NCBI RefSeq assembly: GCF_016432865.1
Contig: NC_067403.1
Location: 200,942,001 to 201,006,000, forward strand
Direction of reading: 5' to 3'
Source of the DNA: Antechinus flavipes
Taxonomy: Eukaryota
Length of the DNA: 64,000 nucleotides
Made by a program: the position numbers and the translations under genes. The notes beneath the pieces were generated by a model that saw only the letters and a list, made by a program, of their open reading frames with translations, did not search any database and was not told where the DNA came from. Of this stretch, positions 60,225-64,000 are shown one piece after another (the first letter of the stretch is position 1; the number at the start of each line of letters is the position of its first letter).

Positions 60225-62539
60225 GGTGCCACCCGTGGCTCTGAAGCTCCTTGGGGGAGGGGGGAGCAGGTGTCAAGCACCCTGTCTCCGAGGAATTTCC
60301 GCAGGGGAGGACAATGCCCGCCGCCCGGCCGGCGTTTGAGGGAGTTGGTGACAGACCCACGGGGGGCGCGGGTGCCGGGGGAATGCGGAGGCACGTTAGT
60401 GCGCGCCCAGCGGGGAAGAGCCGGGATTACTCGGCCTTTAATCTCAGCGGCTAACAAATGGAGCTTGGGTAGGATCTGGCCTCCCGGAGAGCCGGGGTGG
60501 GGCAGAAATCTGAATTTGTCACTCCTCCGGGAGAGGCGAAGCTCCACCCTCGCCTTCCCCAGGGATCTCAGGTTTCCTGAAGGCCCTTCCCTGCTCCCCA
60601 CTCGGGATCCTCCCCATTCTACTTGCTTCAGAAGGGCCCTCCTTCCAGGGCTTCTCAGGGTTACCACTGGCATGTGCGAAGCAACCGCGTTCTAGGGGCA
60701 CACGAGGAGAGTTCAGGACTCACCGTGACCCAACTTCTCAGGTGGGGACCCCAAAGCCGAAGCCCAGGAGTTCTGGAGCTCACAGTTTGGGTCCCTGAGA
60801 GGTTCCCCACCGCGGCTGGCATCTACCCAAGGCACTCCCAAACTATGGATCAATCTCCGTCCAGCCCTCCCCCCACTCCGGGGCTCAGTCTCCTCCTTCC
60901 TCTTCTCCAGCCCCTCCTGGGCCACACCCGACCACTGCCAAATCCTCTCCCTTTCTTCATTCCAGTTCTTCATGAAATCCCACCTCCTCCAGGAAGTTTT
61001 CCCAGACTAACTGGAAAAGCAGGCACAAGTTCCCAAGAACCCCTCCCTAGTTCACTAAGGGACTCCTCTCCCTCCCCCCATACACCCTCAGACACAATAG
61101 AGCTGTGTGTTCCTGTATGTGTGGACAAGGATCACATCTTATTTACCTTTCTGCCTTCCTTGGCACTTAGGAAAGGCCTTGAGCACAGTGCATGTTAAAT
61201 AAATGTGTATCTCTGTGTTTGGGTTTGTGCTGCCGTATGATGTCTACAGAATCGGGATTTCGGAGCTGACCAGGGCAGAGCTGTGTCTCCTGGGGGCCCT
61301 ATCTGGTGATGTTTCTGTTTCTGTCTCTTGTGGGTAGAAAAGGTCCTTAGCGCTTCCAGACGCCACAAGCCCTAGGCTGCTGTTGTGTGTGACCAAGTCC
61401 AGGAGACAACCTCTCCCCAGAACTGGTGGGAAGGAAACACTTGGTCCGGAGGAAGCTATACCGGTGGAACCTCCCGTTGCCGGGATATTTGTTTCTCTGC
61501 CTTTCTCCGGGGAGAGTCTGTCTCTCTGGGGACGTGATCCTCAGTAAGAGCCCTCAGGCTGGTGTCCTCCCGCCCTACTTCTCTCCCCTGCCTCTTGCCT
61601 GAATCAAGCCGGCTGACTTCAAGGTCAGGATGTGGTTTGGGGTAGTGCTCTCTCTCTCCCTCTCTAACCCCTCCCATCCCAGCCTGGTACTCTCCGATCT
61701 GCCTCCCCCCCAATTTCTCTGTCACTCAGGGACGGAAGCAGGGCTGGTTTGAGTTGCTTTCTCTGTCAGAGGGTAGGGAGAAGTGAGCTTCCCAGGCGAC
61801 CCTAGGGGAAAAGCTGTCTGGGTCTCCCCAAGCCCGAGTTGAGGGATCCCTCATATATTGACTACTATTAATAGATGGCAATGCTATCTCTAGAAACAAG
61901 AACAAGATCAGAACTAGAGATATAGATTTAGGAGAGATCTGGACAGAGGTGTCAACTGAAGATGTCAATAGAAATGGCTGTGATCACTAAGACAGTATTT
62001 AAAGATGCTCAAGTAAATATTCTTTAGGCAATGCTCATAGGGTATAGGAAACAGCCAGTTAAGGAAACAGAGAATGAAAAGTTAGAAGGATAGGAAGAGA
62101 AGCAGAAAGCTCTGGTTTTCCTGAAAACAAATTTCTTCATTAAAACTGGTCATGGTATTAGCCCTTGAGTATGCCATGCTGATAGCCTCCTTCCAAATCC
62201 TTGTCCTGCCCATTCCTTCTACTAAGGCTCCCCCTCTCCCCCACCCCTCCCCCAATTTGTGCTGTTTTAAATCCTACTCACAGGGTCAAGGTCAAGCTCT
62301 CCAAGAAATTTGTTGTGACTCCTCTAGTCCCTACTTATATTTGCCTTCCCTAAATTCCTACAGTACTTACTGGAATCACCAATCTAGCCCTTGGGATTGG
62401 GATTGTCATTTATTTTTCCATGTATCTGAGAGTAAACGAGAATATGAGAAGGGCAGTGAGGAGTAGAAGGAGCCCTGGGTTTAAGACTCCCCAATCCACC
62501 ATTTGATAACTAGATGATAGTGAGTTAATCCCAAAATTC

Positions 62540-62830
62540 AAGAATGTCAGAGTTAGAAGATATTCAGAGAACATCCTGTCCTATCCATGCCTGCAGGAGA
62601 ATCCCTTCTGAAGCTTCTCTAATAACTCCTGTCCATTTATTAAGGATCTATAGTGTTTGATAGACTCAAACCTAATCATTCTTCCATGTAAACACCTTTT
62701 AAATATTTCAAAGAATGACCAAGTAAGTCTCCCTGGAATTTTCTCTTCTCCAAGATGAACATTACCAAATCTTTCAATTTATCCCACTTTATATGGCGCC
62801 ATCTCTAATCTATCCTAGTCACACTTCTTA
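62540..62830 (-). mobile_element. CR1/L3 3' fragment
   Basis: CTTTTAAATATTTCAAAGAATG...TTTTCTCTTCTCCAAGATGAACATTACCAAATCTTTCAATTTATCC, typical L3 antisense sequence. Confidence 0.5.
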
Positions 62831-64000
62831 ATACATTCCAGATTATCAATGTAAAATTATAAAATTTGGCATATAGAACTGCACCCAGTGCTTTACCACC
62901 CTGTTTTCTCATTTGTAAAATGGATACAATAATCTTGGCCTTACAGCATTTGAGAGGATTATATGAGCTAATGGTTGAGATAAAGCTTTGGAAAGCAAGT
63001 ATCATGTAAATCAGACTGCTGGTGATTGGTCATATTATAAGCTCTTTGAGGGGAGGGACCCCTGGGGCTTTTGGTGTCTCCCAGGGAAGGCCTTGCCCTC
63101 AGGAAGCATCTTTTTTGAAGGTGGAAGGCTTAGGGATGATCAAGGGGGTAGTGGAGGCTGGGGTCTCCCAGGTAAGGAAGAAGAGGATTTCTTCCTAGCT
63201 ATTACTCTCCGTGGAAGGAAGACAGATCAAGAAACTGGTTAGGTGCCTTCCTGAGGAGGAAGGACTGGGATTATCATGAAGATGGGGGCTGGGAAATCAG
63301 ACAGCTGCCTCTTCACTCTAGTGAATGGAAGTCATTCCATGATATCCTTACCTCCCATCATGGCTGAAACTAGATTATAGTTATGTTGAAAATATGTCTC
63401 CCATAGACTATTAAATCTGTCTAGTATATAATACCTGAGAGAGAAGAAGTGACATGTTAAATCACAGATAGAATTAGGACTGAAATTCAAGTCTTCTGAC
63501 TCTACCATGAAGTACAAAAAAATCTAGTGCTGACAATGGATGATGCAGATAACACATCTGATGATGCTGACTGTTCTCCCTCGCTTCCTCCTTTCCTCCT
63601 CTTTTAGAGACCTAAGATATGCTTAAAGAGCTTGAATAGTTCGACACTCCAAGGCAATAGCTTGAAAAAGGAGAAGCATTTTAACAACCAGGAAGAACTA
63701 GAAGGCTTTTTAAAGTAGCTGCCCTTGGGGACTACAACTAGAATATCAGTAATTATAGCTAATAGTTACATAGCATGCTAAAAGTTCAAAAAGAACTTTA
63801 TAGACACTCTCTTGTTTGGTTCTCATTATCCTTCCTCAATAAAAAATTGAGGTACTAAAAGATTAAGTGATTTATATTTCACATAACTAGTAAATGTCAG
63901 AGGCTGGATCCAAACCCAGGCTCTCCTGACTCCTGGTCCAATGCTTCTTCTTGTATATGAGACTTCAGAGTGGAAACGCTGTCCAGACTATCAATCACTA

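Larger units (their letters stand above)
59100..60600. promoter_or_regulatory. SLC4A11 CpG island promoter
   Basis: Dense CpG and GC boxes surrounding the upstream exon ending at 59554. Confidence 0.7.

Noticed and set aside
61000-64000. 3' exons of the next syntenic gene (DNAAF9/C20orf194)
   Set aside because: No matching peptide found; the region is L2/L3/MIR-derived.

Overview
Mammalian genomic DNA, very likely an Australian marsupial (possibly a dasyurid), judged from WSINE1/MAR1-type SINEs, marsupial L1 3' ends and an OC1-type hAT MITE. It is syntenic with human 20p13. Three complete multi-exon genes were reconstructed by hand with GT-AG junctions and consistent phases: DDRGK1 (-, 9 coding exons, 304 aa), ITPA (+, 8 coding exons, 211 aa) and SLC4A11 (-, 19 coding exons, 837 aa from the MAQNGY AUG, plus an upstream exon). 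A CpG island at about 4.5-5.8 kb probably carries the non-coding first exon of LZTS3 (synteny inference only). The rest is L1, L2, CR1/L3, SINEs, hAT MITEs, VNTRs, microsatellites and two N gaps. Most ORF-track entries are GC-rich shadow ORFs. I found no new multi-gene system. Two observations stand out. (1) In DDRGK1 intron 1, a 770-bp LTR-derived element has 196-bp terminal inverted arms (one mismatch), an internal SINE head, TG...CA ends and a perfect 6-bp target-site duplication. (2) An upstream SLC4A11 exon still encodes the human-like RRVFHLQPCE peptide but has no usable AUG; its only in-frame ATG is followed by GGC-TGA. Human comparisons and repeat family names are from memory and need alignment or RepeatMasker confirmation.
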